This document shows, one piece after another, positions 1 to 8,994 of a DNA stretch of 64,000 bases. Numbering within the stretch: the first letter of the stretch is position 1; each line of letters begins with the position of its first letter. This stretch comes from an uncultured Syntrophaceae bacterium (GTDB lineage: Bacteria > Desulfobacterota > Desulfomonilia > Desulfomonilales > Desulfomonilaceae), in the NCBI GenBank assembly GCA_964427855.1, contig CAYRVH010000001.1:21649-85648 (forward strand). Reading direction: 5' to 3'. Position numbers and translations under genes: made by a program. The notes below the pieces were generated by a model, which was not told where the DNA came from, did no database searches, and worked only from the letters and a program-made list of their open reading frames with translations.

Positions 1-75
1 CCCAGTCACAGTCGTTTGGACGTTATTCACGAACTGGATGATAAGGATTTTACTCCGAAGAAATTCCGGGGATAA
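1..75 (+). CDS. 3' end of an unidentified CDS entering from the left edge (partial)
   Basis: Frame 1 is open from base 1 (PSHSRLDVIHELDDKDFTPKKFRG) and stops at TAA 73-75. Too short to assign. Confidence 0.2.
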   Translation, partial: PSHSRLDVIHELDDKDFTPKKFRG

Positions 76-152
76 ATGTAGAGGTAATCATTTTCGACTT
101 CAATCATGGTATATTCTAGGCGAGTTACGAATGAGCTCATCGAGAAGGGGCT

Positions 153-1172
153 ATGCCGACCGGAAAAGACAACACAACGGATAATCAGAGGCCCGTTGCA
201 ACAGGGCCCACATCAGTGCACTTATTTGCCAGCCAACTGAAGCCAGGGGATAAACTAAGTCAGTTTTTCCAAATTCAAGCGGTAGAGATTCGCAAGACTC
301 GGACTGGCTCCGATTATCTCGACATGGTTGTGCGAGATGCGACAGGGGCTATCGCAGCGCGACTGTGGGCTGAAACGATTCGGCGGTACGGGGCCGATTT
401 CGCGCCTGGGGACGTCGTAAAAATAAACGGTCATGTCGGCGCCTATAGAGATCGCAATCAAATCATTGTTGAGCGGATACGAAAAGCGACCCCTGAGGAA
501 CTCGAACACCTTGGGACGTTCCAGCGCCGCAGCCAGGAAAGGGCTGAGGCCCTGTTCGAGGAATTGATGTGCTACGCGCAAGATTTGCGTCCTCCCTCTC
601 TTTCGGATCTCGTGGTCGGCCTTCTCATCCAGCATGAAAAGGCGATAAAGACTTGTCCTGCGGCGAAGATGGTACATCATGCGTACGAAGGAGGTCTCGT
701 CGAGCATCTTGTTGGGGTGACAAGAAAGGCGGCTTGTCTTGTGGAGAAAGATGCCAGCATAAACAAAGATCTGGCGATCGCTGGAGCTATCGTGCACGAC
801 ATTGGAAAGACTCAGGAACTAAAGCCAGGCGGCCAAGCCAGAACAATCGAGGGCAGACTTGTCGGTCATGTCATCCTGGGCTTTGAAATGCTCGATAGAA
901 TAGGATATGAAAAACAATGCACAGGCGAACCATGGTTTTTGGAGCTTCAGCACATCATTTTATCGCATCATGGTCAGGCTGATTTTGGAGCGCCTGTTCG
1001 GCCGGCCACGAGAGAAGCCATTCTCATTCATTATATCGATATGCTGGACTCTCGCTTGAAGATACTTGACCAAGCGCTTGAATCAAAGGATGTCGATGGC
1101 TTTTCTCCGTATAATAAATGGCTTGAGGGCCGCGGCTATGCGGGATATCATCCCTCGAGCAGGGAGGATTGA
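153..1172 (+). CDS. OB-fold + HD-domain phosphohydrolase (YhaM-like 3'-5' exoribonuclease family)
   Basis: 339-aa ORF. The N-terminal OB-fold-like segment (VEIRKTRTGSDYLDMVVRDATG...VVKINGHV) is followed by HD-domain motifs (HHAYEGGLVEH, VHDIGK, SHHG). GAAGGGG lies upstream of the ATG. Confidence 0.8.
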   Translation: MPTGKDNTTDNQRPVATGPTSVHLFASQLKPGDKLSQFFQIQAVEIRKTRTGSDYLDMVVRDATGAIAARLWAETIRRYGADFAPGDVVKINGHVGAYRDRNQIIVERIRKATPEELEHLGTFQRRSQERAEALFEELMCYAQDLRPPSLSDLVVGLLIQHEKAIKTCPAAKMVHHAYEGGLVEHLVGVTRKAACLVEKDASINKDLAIAGAIVHDIGKTQELKPGGQARTIEGRLVGHVILGFEMLDRIGYEKQCTGEPWFLELQHIILSHHGQADFGAPVRPATREAILIHYIDMLDSRLKILDQALESKDVDGFSPYNKWLEGRGYAGYHPSSRED

Positions 1173-1173
1173 A

Positions 1174-2290
1174 ATGTTGGACTTGCAAGACAGATTGACT
1201 CAACTTCGATCAAAAGCATCTGAACTCAGAGGTTATCTTTGACCTCGATGCCAAGATTGCACGTTTGAAGGAACTTGAGAAGAAACACGAGGACGCCGAA
1301 TTTTGGAACAATCCTGAGGGGGCAAAAGCCCTCTTGAAAGAGGAGAAGCAACTTGTGAGGCTCATAGATCATTTTCAGTCTGTTGAACAGGAAATCGAAG
1401 ATGCCCATGTATTATTGAGCCTCGCGGTCGAAGAAGCAGATGATGCTGAATTAGTGGAAGTAGAAACGAAAATTAAGGAGCTCGAGGACGTCCTCAGCGG
1501 ATTGGAAATCCAGCGCCTTTTTTCTCAGCCCGAAGATCGTGGGGATGCCATAGTGGAAATCCATGCGGGCGCGGGCGGCACCGAAGCCCAGGATTGGGCA
1601 GAGATGCTCATGCGCATGTATCTTCGATGGGCGGAGCGCGAAGGCTATAAAACGGAGATTTTGGATACATTGCCCGGTGAAGAAGCGGGCATCAAATCTG
1701 TGACCTTCTCCTTAGAGGGGGAATTTGCTTACGGGCGACTGAAGGCTGAGGTCGGCATTCACCGCCTGGTTCGGATTTCGCCTTTCGACGCCAATGCTCG
1801 GCGTCATACCTCGTTTGCCGCGCTATTCGTGTATCCGAGCGCTGACGATGATGTGGATATTCAGATTAACGAGACCGATCTCAAGATTGACACCTACCGA
1901 TCATCTGGCGCAGGCGGCCAACATGTCAATACCACGGACTCGGCTGTACGCATCACCCATCTTCCCACCGGCATCGTGGTGCAATGTCAAAATGAAAGAT
2001 CTCAGCATAAGAACCGCGCCATGGCGATGAAGATCCTCAAATCGAGACTGTATGATCTGGAACTCGAGAAAAAACGGGAAGAAAAGGATTCCATGCACAA
2101 AACCAAGAAGGAGATTGCGTGGGGGTCTCAGATCAGATCGTATGTCCTGCAACCTTATCAGATGGTGAAGGACCACAGGACCAATCTTGAAGTCGGAAAC
2201 GTCGCGGCGGTGCTCGACGGAGACATTAACCGTTTTATCCAGGAATATTTATTCCAGGAATCACGCAACAGAGCCTTCTCGGCGGGTTAA
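1174..2290 (+). CDS. prfB: Peptide chain release factor 2, requires programmed +1 frameshift at 1237-1243
   Basis: Frame-0 ORF ATG 1174...CTT TGA (1240-1242) encodes MLDLQDRLTQLRSKASELRGYL. The +1 frame (GAC 1241...) joins exactly the frame of the 1265-2290 ORF, which carries RF2 hallmarks SPF (RISPFDA) and GGQ (SGAGGQHVN). Confidence 0.95.
1228..1243 (+). promoter_or_regulatory. RF2 autoregulatory +1 frameshift site (AGAGGT TAT CTT TGA C)
   Basis: SD-like AGAGG lies 3 nt before the slippery CTT followed by in-frame TGA C. Compare E. coli AGGGGG TAT CTT TGA C. Confidence 0.9.
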
Positions 2291-2345
2291 CATGTTGGCC
2301 CGGCTTGAGGGCAAAGGCAGCAGGGTCGCCCGCTTGAGAAAAAAT

Positions 2346-2594
2346 TTACACCCCCAGTTTTTGTGCAAGCTCTTCGTTTGATGGCTCGACAAGGGTCGAG
2401 CCGTCTTCGAAGAGAATAGTAGGGATAATCACTGTCCCGTTATTCACCTTTTTGACATAGTCTTTGGCTGCGGGATCCTCATCGATGTCAATCCATTCGT
2501 AGGCGATCCCTTTCTCGTCAAGAAATTTTCGCGATCGACGTGCGTCGGGACACCACGTGGCCCCGTACATCACGAGTTTTTTCCCATCGCTCAT
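2346..2594 (-). CDS. Glutaredoxin/NrdH-like thioredoxin-fold protein with single-Cys CPDA site
   Basis: MSDGKKLVMYGATWCPDARRSRKFLDEKGIAYEWIDIDEDP. GGAGG lies 8 nt before the ATG at 2594. The longer ORF to 2612 lacks an RBS. Confidence 0.75.
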   Translation of the reverse strand: MSDGKKLVMYGATWCPDARRSRKFLDEKGIAYEWIDIDEDPAAKDYVKKVNNGTVIIPTILFEDGSTLVEPSNEELAQKLGV

Positions 2595-2833
2595 GTGTGA
2601 TACCTCCATCATGCGGGTTGGCGTTAAGCATTTCTGGAAGATAACCGCTCATTCAATATCGGCCTCACTGCGCCATTGAGGTGCGTTGAAATAGCTTTGC
2701 CTCATGCCCCTCGCGATGATAAAAATGGCAGTCGATACGTCACTGCGGGCGGCTGTGAGGACACCCGGCGCTCGCTCATCTCGTGAGACTCGTCGGAACG
2801 CCGATGCACAGCAATGCGCAGTCATTGCGTGTG

Positions 2834-3196
2834 CTATCCTTTTGTTTCCGGCGCTTCCTCGACTACCTCGGCGATGGCATCGATCCAGGGTTTCACCTTT
2901 GTATTCTCATGGAGGACGCGTCGAGCCTCTCTGTGTTGATAGACGGTGCCCATGACAATCATATCCGTGATCGTCCCCTCAACCTCATAATAGGCATTGC
3001 TACTGATAGCAGCCTCCGCGCCTATTTCGTTATAGGCCCTTTTGATGATTTTAGCCGTGTCACCCGGCACTTGCTTGAGGAACACATTTATGTGTACCGC
3101 CCTGGTGGCCATTAGTTCGCTATTGTTGGAGCCGAGACCGTCGATGGCCTCCACGGCTCGGGATACCGTCGGGAAAACCGCTTTGGTAGCCTTCAT
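2834..3196 (-). CDS. Hypothetical 120-aa cytoplasmic protein, translationally coupled to upstream MFP gene
   Basis: The ORF start ATG overlaps the MFP stop (ATGA at 3193-3196). No family recognised from sequence. Confidence 0.5.
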   Translation of the reverse strand: MKATKAVFPTVSRAVEAIDGLGSNNSELMATRAVHINVFLKQVPGDTAKIIKRAYNEIGAEAAISSNAYYEVEGTITDMIVMGTVYQHREARRVLHENTKVKPWIDAIAEVVEEAPETKG

Positions 3197-4242
3197 GGCA
3201 CTACCACCTCTTCGCCTGGCTTCAAGCCAGATATGACTTCCACTCTCTCGTTAGACAAAGAGCGCCCTGTCTTCACGTGCCGAACTTTGACTTGCCCATC
3301 GTCAAAAACATTGACTGATTCCAATTGGCCGATGATTCGGATGGCTGCACGCGGCACCGCTATAGCCTCAGAAGCATGGGTGTCAAAGGTCATGGTTCCG
3401 TACAACCCAGGCGTCAGCCCTGTTGTTTGGTTCAAGGGGATCTTCACTGTGACGGTTCGTGTTTTCTCGTCGCGCTGGGGCACGACCTCTCGGATCTTCG
3501 ATGTCTCTTTAAGGCCGACAGAGGGGACATCGACCTTCACAGAAGTCCCCTCTTTGAGAAATGGCGCATACTGTTCCCCGGCGGATGCCACCAACTCAAG
3601 CGAATCAGGGCGATACACGCTCATAAGAAAGCGTCCTGGACTGGCCAAGTCCCCAGTATTTACACCCCTCTCGCCTATCACGCCTGAAAATGGCGCAGTG
3701 ACAGTACCGTAGGAAAGATTTGTCTTCGCCTCATCCAAGGCAGCTTTGGCCCTGTTTTCAGCAGCCTGGGCCATCTCGTACTTTGCCAGCGCGTCGTCGT
3801 AATCTTTTTTGGCCACCGACTGCTTTTCGTAAAGGACTTTGAATCGTTCAAAGTCGTTCTTGGCCTTGATGAGATCCGCCCGGGCGCTCTCCAGAGTAGC
3901 CGCCGCCTGAGCCTCCTTCTCCGCCAAATCCTTGGTATCGATTTTGAGGAGGACATCGCCTCGCTTCACATGGTGCCCCGCATCGACATTGATCTCGATG
4001 ATATATCCATTTATGCGACTGGACACGCGTGCAACGTCTCGCGCTATTACCGTTCCGGAGACCGTGACTTCTCCCTGAACGGTAATTTTCTCAGCCTGGA
4101 CAGTTTTCGGCGGCGACGCCGGCGCGGTTGGAGTCGCCCGCCCGCCGGAGATTTTGTGGTGGAAGCCTCCCTGCATCCATATAAGACTCACCACCAGTAC
4201 TGCGAAGGCAACAATAGCGAGCAGCAACGTTTTTTTGTTCAT
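3193..4242 (-). CDS. Efflux-pump periplasmic adaptor (HlyD/MFP family)
   Basis: 349 aa: N-terminal TM anchor, lipoyl-like hairpin (SRINGYIIEINVDAGHHVKRGDVLLKID), long coiled-coil (AEKEAQAAATLESARADLIKAK...), and beta-barrel C-terminus (VEVISGLKPGEEVV). Confidence 0.85.
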   Translation of the reverse strand: MNKKTLLLAIVAFAVLVVSLIWMQGGFHHKISGGRATPTAPASPPKTVQAEKITVQGEVTVSGTVIARDVARVSSRINGYIIEINVDAGHHVKRGDVLLKIDTKDLAEKEAQAAATLESARADLIKAKNDFERFKVLYEKQSVAKKDYDDALAKYEMAQAAENRAKAALDEAKTNLSYGTVTAPFSGVIGERGVNTGDLASPGRFLMSVYRPDSLELVASAGEQYAPFLKEGTSVKVDVPSVGLKETSKIREVVPQRDEKTRTVTVKIPLNQTTGLTPGLYGTMTFDTHASEAIAVPRAAIRIIGQLESVNVFDDGQVKVRHVKTGRSLSNERVEVISGLKPGEEVVVP

Positions 4243-4296
4243 GACGACCTGACTCCGGTCATAAACAACCTTATACGCGTCAAACGCAGGGGAAAA

Positions 4297-4752
4297 TTAG
4301 TTTTCTGTCATGATAAAGTTGTCATACTCGATCTCGAATCTGAGTTTGTGCTTGGCCTCTTCTTGTGCCAAGGCCAGAAAGGTCTGCTCGAGCCCTTCAT
4401 CATCCGTAGAGGCCGCCAAGTCAGTGTACATCTTAAAAGCCTTCTTCTCCTTCTTCATGGCGAGTACAAGAGCCTTCTGATAATCCATGCCCGCTTCAGG
4501 CTCCACATCCACCAGATAGTCTGAGATCTTAAGGTCCAACACTTTTTTCTCGGACGATAGCAGCCTCTTGCCACCCTTCACGTCGAGGAGCTTGCGTTTA
4601 TGCCCCAACTCCTCTTGGGCAAAATCCCGGAAGATTTTGCTCATCCATGGTCTGTCCATACGATCAGCCAAATCTGTATAAAACTTATGCGCTTGTTCTT
4701 CCTGCCCTATGGCGTAATCCAAAACTTCGTCCACTGACGTCCATTGATTCAT
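4297..4752 (-). CDS. Ferritin-like diiron protein (rubrerythrin/erythrin family, no rubredoxin domain)
   Basis: Repeated E..E/ExxH motifs (GQEEQAHKFY, AQEELGHKRK, AQEEAKHKLRFE). GGAGG RBS. Confidence 0.75.
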   Translation of the reverse strand: MNQWTSVDEVLDYAIGQEEQAHKFYTDLADRMDRPWMSKIFRDFAQEELGHKRKLLDVKGGKRLLSSEKKVLDLKISDYLVDVEPEAGMDYQKALVLAMKKEKKAFKMYTDLAASTDDEGLEQTFLALAQEEAKHKLRFEIEYDNFIMTEN

Positions 4753-4941
4753 TCGTTTTCCTCCTCGTCGCCTTCCATCTTGCTGGTAATGCAGCCTCGA
4801 ATCTTCATCCCTCGACGCAATGATTGCTGATTACATAATGTCAAAAAGGATGAAAGCTTGCCTGCGAAACCGTGGTTCCTGGCAGGCAAGATTCCGCTTT
4901 CTCTTTTGAGACTGGCCATCGCCGGCCGCGGCTGCTCGTCT

Positions 4942-5454
4942 CTACGCGAATTTCTTCACCGCCTCAATGACTGCGTCATAATTCGGTTCGTCAGCTATTT
5001 CATTCACTATTTGCACATACCGTATTATCCCCGCCTGGTCAACGACAAACACAGCCCTTGCAAGAAGTCGCAAGTCCTTTAAGAGCACCCCGTACGATAA
5101 GCCAAAGGACGCGTCACGGTGATCCGACAGCGTTTGAACCCGAGTAATGCCCGCCGCGCCGCACCAGCGGGCCTGGGCGAAAGGCAAGTCCATACTTATA
5201 GTCAAGATCACCACGTTTTCTCCCAACTGCGACGCCTCTTCGTTGAAGCGTCTCGTGGACGTGTCACACACGGGGGTATCCAGAGACGGCACGCTCGAAA
5301 CTATGCATACCTTCCCTTTGAATGAAGAAAATTTCACGGGAGTCAAATCATTGGCAATTGCAGTGAAATCAGGCGCGGCGTCGCCGACTTTCACCTCTTG
5401 TCCCAAGAGCACCAAAGGATTTCCTTTCATGGTAACTATGCCAGCTCGTTCCAT
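4942..5454 (-). CDS. tpx: Thiol peroxidase
   Basis: 170 aa with the Tpx signature SVPSLDTPVCDTSTRRFNEEA. AGGAGG RBS upstream of ATG 5454. Confidence 0.9.
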   Translation of the reverse strand: MERAGIVTMKGNPLVLLGQEVKVGDAAPDFTAIANDLTPVKFSSFKGKVCIVSSVPSLDTPVCDTSTRRFNEEASQLGENVVILTISMDLPFAQARWCGAAGITRVQTLSDHRDASFGLSYGVLLKDLRLLARAVFVVDQAGIIRYVQIVNEIADEPNYDAVIEAVKKFA

Positions 5455-5466
5455 TTGTTCTACCTC

Positions 5467-6489
5467 CTAATACGATTCCTCTGACGCAAGATACGCCTCA
5501 GTCACTTTGTCGCGGAACATATGATACGCCCATGCTTGATAAATGATGACAATCGGGACAAAGATCAGGGCCACCACGAGCATGATCTTCAGCGTAAGAG
5601 GGCTTGATGCGGCATTAAAGGCGCTCAAGCTGAGCGAGGCATCCAGCCGCGAGGGGTAGAGGTTTGGATAAAGCCCCACAACGCCAAAGAGCACCGCAAA
5701 AACAATGGTGGCGCATGACGAAAACCATGCCTTCCACCATTCTTGCTTCCCGATATAAAACTTGATGCAAAGAAGAGCGAGCACTGCCAGCAACGGCACT
5801 ACGAACAGCAGGGGGCGCGTGAGATAGTTTCCGTAAAGCGGAGTGGCAAACCATGAGAAAACCAAGAAGACCACCGCCACAATAAGGACAAGCACCCACA
5901 ACCCGGACGCCGCTGCCCCTGCTCTTTGGTGCAAGGCTCCTTCTGACTTGATGGCGAGCCATAGGCTGCCATGCAGGAGAAACAGCGACACGAAGAGCAC
6001 CCCCCCGGCGATGCCATAAGGATTCAAAAGGGTGAACAAGTTGCCTTGAAACGTGTACTTGGCGTCAAAAGGAATGCCTTGAAAAATGTTGGCAAAAGCC
6101 ACGCCAAACAACAGCGCGGGGATGAAGCTCCCTACAAAAAGGCAGAAATCCCACACTTTTTTCCATCCGCCGCCCATGGCGCCTCGAAACTCGAAGGACA
6201 CGGCCCGTATAATCAAGGCAAACAAGATGATCAACAAAGGTGCATATAAGGTGCTAAACATGACCGCGTAAGCGGTGGGAAACGCCGCAAAGGTAACCCC
6301 CCCTGCAGTTATCAGCCATACCTCGTTGCCGTCCCAGAAAGGCCCCATGGCATTGTAAATCACGCGTCGATCGCGATCGGTGTGAGAAATGAAAGGCATA
6401 AGGGTGCCGAGTCCAAGATCAAAGCCGTCCAGCATAAAATAGATGGCCCACAGTAAGCCCCAGAGCAAAAACCATATTGTTTCTAACAT
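5467..6489 (-). CDS. cydB: Cytochrome bd oxidase subunit II
   Basis: MLETIWFLLWGLLWAIYFMLDGFDLGLG is a typical CydB N-terminus, and the protein is polytopic. ATG 6489 has AAAGGTGGG upstream. The track ORF begins at GTG 6501. Confidence 0.9.
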   Translation of the reverse strand: MLETIWFLLWGLLWAIYFMLDGFDLGLGTLMPFISHTDRDRRVIYNAMGPFWDGNEVWLITAGGVTFAAFPTAYAVMFSTLYAPLLIILFALIIRAVSFEFRGAMGGGWKKVWDFCLFVGSFIPALLFGVAFANIFQGIPFDAKYTFQGNLFTLLNPYGIAGGVLFVSLFLLHGSLWLAIKSEGALHQRAGAAASGLWVLVLIVAVVFLVFSWFATPLYGNYLTRPLLFVVPLLAVLALLCIKFYIGKQEWWKAWFSSCATIVFAVLFGVVGLYPNLYPSRLDASLSLSAFNAASSPLTLKIMLVVALIFVPIVIIYQAWAYHMFRDKVTEAYLASEESY

Positions 6490-6647
6490 CTTTTCGCCCA
6501 CCTTTCTTCCGATAAGTCGTCCCGGGCAAACCGGAGAATTTTGTCGCGTTTACTTGTGTGATGCATTCACGAGGTGACGCTCCAAGGTTCCGCCAACGTT
6601 GCGGCGTTGAGCAAAGCGCATGACAAACCAGTATCTGCTCTCTTGTC

Positions 6648-7952
6648 CTACGCCTCCACCGGTCCTTTGCGTGCGTGTTTGACCATGATGACAAACGCAG
6701 CCAACCCAAGGAGGGTGTAGAGCACAATGAAGGCGATGAGCGACATAGCGACTTGAGAACCCACCAAGGGAGAATGGCCGTCCGCCGTCTTCATCACGTT
6801 ATAGACCAGCCAAGGTTGTCTCCCCACCTCGGTGACGACCCAGCCAAGAAGACCTGCGAGATACGGTAGGGGGAGCGCATACATCATGATTTTCAAGTAA
6901 GCGGGGCTGGACTCCCACCGGTTCCATTTAATCACCCCGATGAGCGTAAGCAGGACGAACAAGAAACCGAGTCCCACCATGATGCGAAAGGAGGCGAATA
7001 CGAGGGTGACCGGCGGTCTATCTTCAGGCGGCCAGGCTTTGAGTCCTTTCACCTCCGCGTCCCAGTCTCCATACACTAATCGGCTAAGAAATTTGGGGAT
7101 TTTGAAAGCTTCCACGCTGTTGGTCTCCCGGGCTTCGTCGGGTATCAGCAGCAGGGCAAAAGGAGCGCCCTTTTGAGTTTCCCAGACCGACTCCACGGCA
7201 GCGAGCTTTGCTGGTTGAGCATGCGCCATCTCCCTGCCGTGAAGGTCTCCCACCAACACCTCCAGCACAGAAAAGACAAAAGCAAAGATCAGCCCAAGTC
7301 GAAACGACTTGGTAAAAAATGAAACTTTGTTCTTTCTTAGCAGATGGTATGCGCTAAAGCTCATCACGAAGAATCCGGCGACTATATAACCGGCAAATGT
7401 GGTATGGAAGAAAGTGAGAATTGCAAAAGGTTGCGAGATCACCGCCCAGAAGTCCGTAAGCTCCGCGCGGCCGTTCCTTATGGTGAATCCCACTGGATGC
7501 TGCATCCACGAATTGGCTACAAGGATCCAATAGGCCGATACATTGGAAGCAATGGCAACCAGCCATATACAGGCCGCGTGAAACTTTGGAGAGAGCCTCT
7601 TCCATCCGAAGGCCCATACCGCAACAAAGGTGGATTCGAGGAAAAAGGCCACCGTGGCCTCAATTGCGAGCAACGAACCGAATATGTCGCCCACATAACT
7701 AGAATAGCCTGACCAATTGGTGCCAAATTGAAACTCAAGGGTGATGCCTGTCACGACGCCCACGACAAAATTGATGAGAAAGATCTTCCCCCAAAATTTT
7801 GCCATGGATCTGTATTCTTCGTTGCCGGTTCTCACATAGATGGTTTCCATAATGGCAACCAGAATGGAAAGACCGAGAGTGAGCGGCACGAAAATGAAGT
7901 GGAAAAGGGTTGCGACTGCAAACTGAAGCCGCGACAACATGATGACATCCAT
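6648..7952 (-). CDS. cydA: Cytochrome bd oxidase subunit I
   Basis: MDVIMLSRLQFAVATLFHFIFVPLTLGL is a typical CydA start. GGGAGG RBS at about 7960-7966. The 39 extra N-terminal codons of the track ORF are unlikely to be translated. Confidence 0.9.
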   Translation of the reverse strand: MDVIMLSRLQFAVATLFHFIFVPLTLGLSILVAIMETIYVRTGNEEYRSMAKFWGKIFLINFVVGVVTGITLEFQFGTNWSGYSSYVGDIFGSLLAIEATVAFFLESTFVAVWAFGWKRLSPKFHAACIWLVAIASNVSAYWILVANSWMQHPVGFTIRNGRAELTDFWAVISQPFAILTFFHTTFAGYIVAGFFVMSFSAYHLLRKNKVSFFTKSFRLGLIFAFVFSVLEVLVGDLHGREMAHAQPAKLAAVESVWETQKGAPFALLLIPDEARETNSVEAFKIPKFLSRLVYGDWDAEVKGLKAWPPEDRPPVTLVFASFRIMVGLGFLFVLLTLIGVIKWNRWESSPAYLKIMMYALPLPYLAGLLGWVVTEVGRQPWLVYNVMKTADGHSPLVGSQVAMSLIAFIVLYTLLGLAAFVIMVKHARKGPVEA

Positions 7953-8043
7953 GACACTACCTCCCAAGTTGTTTGACGCTTGCCCTGCGACGCTGCTCAG
8001 AGGCGAGGCTCCGCAGGTTGTGGCAAGCCCGCAATGCACGTCG

Positions 8044-8787
8044 TTATTGTTGTGAACCAATATCTCCAAGCTTATCTATAGCGTTTTCAGCCGCATCCTT
8101 CATTTTCAACCTGATGATTTTTTCGGAATCGAATGTTTCGAACTCCGTTTCGTCGGCCAGCAAAGCCTTTAAGGCGGGTTTGGCGTCGGCCAGCCGTAGG
8201 TTTCCTATCGCCATCACCGCATGTCCTCGTACCGCAGGGTCTTTGGACTGAAGATATTTGGCGAGATGGGATCCCCAGCTGTGAAGCGCCTCTGGCCTTG
8301 CTTCCGAGAGTCGCGCCCACGCCCACAGCAAGCCGCGTTGCAGAGGCTCATGCTCCAAAAAATTACCCGCTTCGTCTGCATACGACCCGAGAATGGAGGC
8401 ATATTCCTTAGCCAGAAGCTCGCTTTGGGCCATAGCCTCTGCCATCACCTCTGGCGCGCCCCATCCGATGCCACCGGATTCGTCGTTAAGACTCCACATG
8501 AGTCGCCGCATGACGACCCGAGCCCCCTCGATGTCAACTTGAGCAAGGCGCGCCAGAACTGTTCCCATGGCCCTCACCGCGCGCCATTTGATTAAGGGAT
8601 CTTGATGACAGAGCAGGGAAAAGAGCGCATTGATCACTTGTGCCGCCGGCATGTTTAGTAAAACCGAGAGGCGTTCCTCAAAAGAACTTGTGTGAAGAAG
8701 ACCCAACAGTTCTTTTTTCCTCGACCTTGTCCCGACGTCACTCATTTTGCCCGCCTCCAGCGCAGTCTCGACCGCATTGCGTGTCAT
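8044..8787 (-). CDS. HEAT-repeat-like helical protein (function unknown), upstream of cydAB
   Basis: 247-aa all-helical repeat-like sequence (DPLIKWRAVRAMG..., DPAVRGHAVMAIGNL...). Alternative start at 8745 (GGAGG upstream). Confidence 0.6.
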   Translation of the reverse strand: MTRNAVETALEAGKMSDVGTRSRKKELLGLLHTSSFEERLSVLLNMPAAQVINALFSLLCHQDPLIKWRAVRAMGTVLARLAQVDIEGARVVMRRLMWSLNDESGGIGWGAPEVMAEAMAQSELLAKEYASILGSYADEAGNFLEHEPLQRGLLWAWARLSEARPEALHSWGSHLAKYLQSKDPAVRGHAVMAIGNLRLADAKPALKALLADETEFETFDSEKIIRLKMKDAAENAIDKLGDIGSQQ

Positions 8788-8994
8788 TCAATTTCCACAA
8801 CGGCCCCTGGTTGTGTGCAGCCGGCATACATGTTGACTTGATGCTCGCATAACATATTAACATCATTAAGTAAGTTGTTGCCAAGCTTTTAGACACACCC
8901 CTTTATTTTGGCCCAGCGCGCTCCTCTCCTTCTCACGCACTTTGGCCATCTTTCCTGAATATTGTTTTATTTATGGGATCAGGGATCCTCTCGT

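Noticed and set aside
6502-6647. A CydX/CydS-type small membrane subunit in the cydA-cydB spacer.
   Set aside because: The only small ORF there is hydrophilic and basic, with no TM helix.
7953-8069. N-terminal extensions in track ORFs for cydA (to 8069), aroQ (to 37150), rbr (to 16778), aroF (to 36208), rubredoxin (to 10584) and perR (to 17212).
   Set aside because: Internal ATGs preceded by GGAGG-type RBSs coincide with the conserved family N-termini. The extensions overlap upstream genes, terminators or promoters.
8845-8880. AT-rich Fur/PerR-box-like stretch (TTAATGATGTTAATATGTTAT on the minus strand) upstream of the HEAT-like/cydAB genes.
   Set aside because: It resembles the Fur/Per consensus only loosely, and I could not find a shared motif by eye upstream of the other ROS genes.
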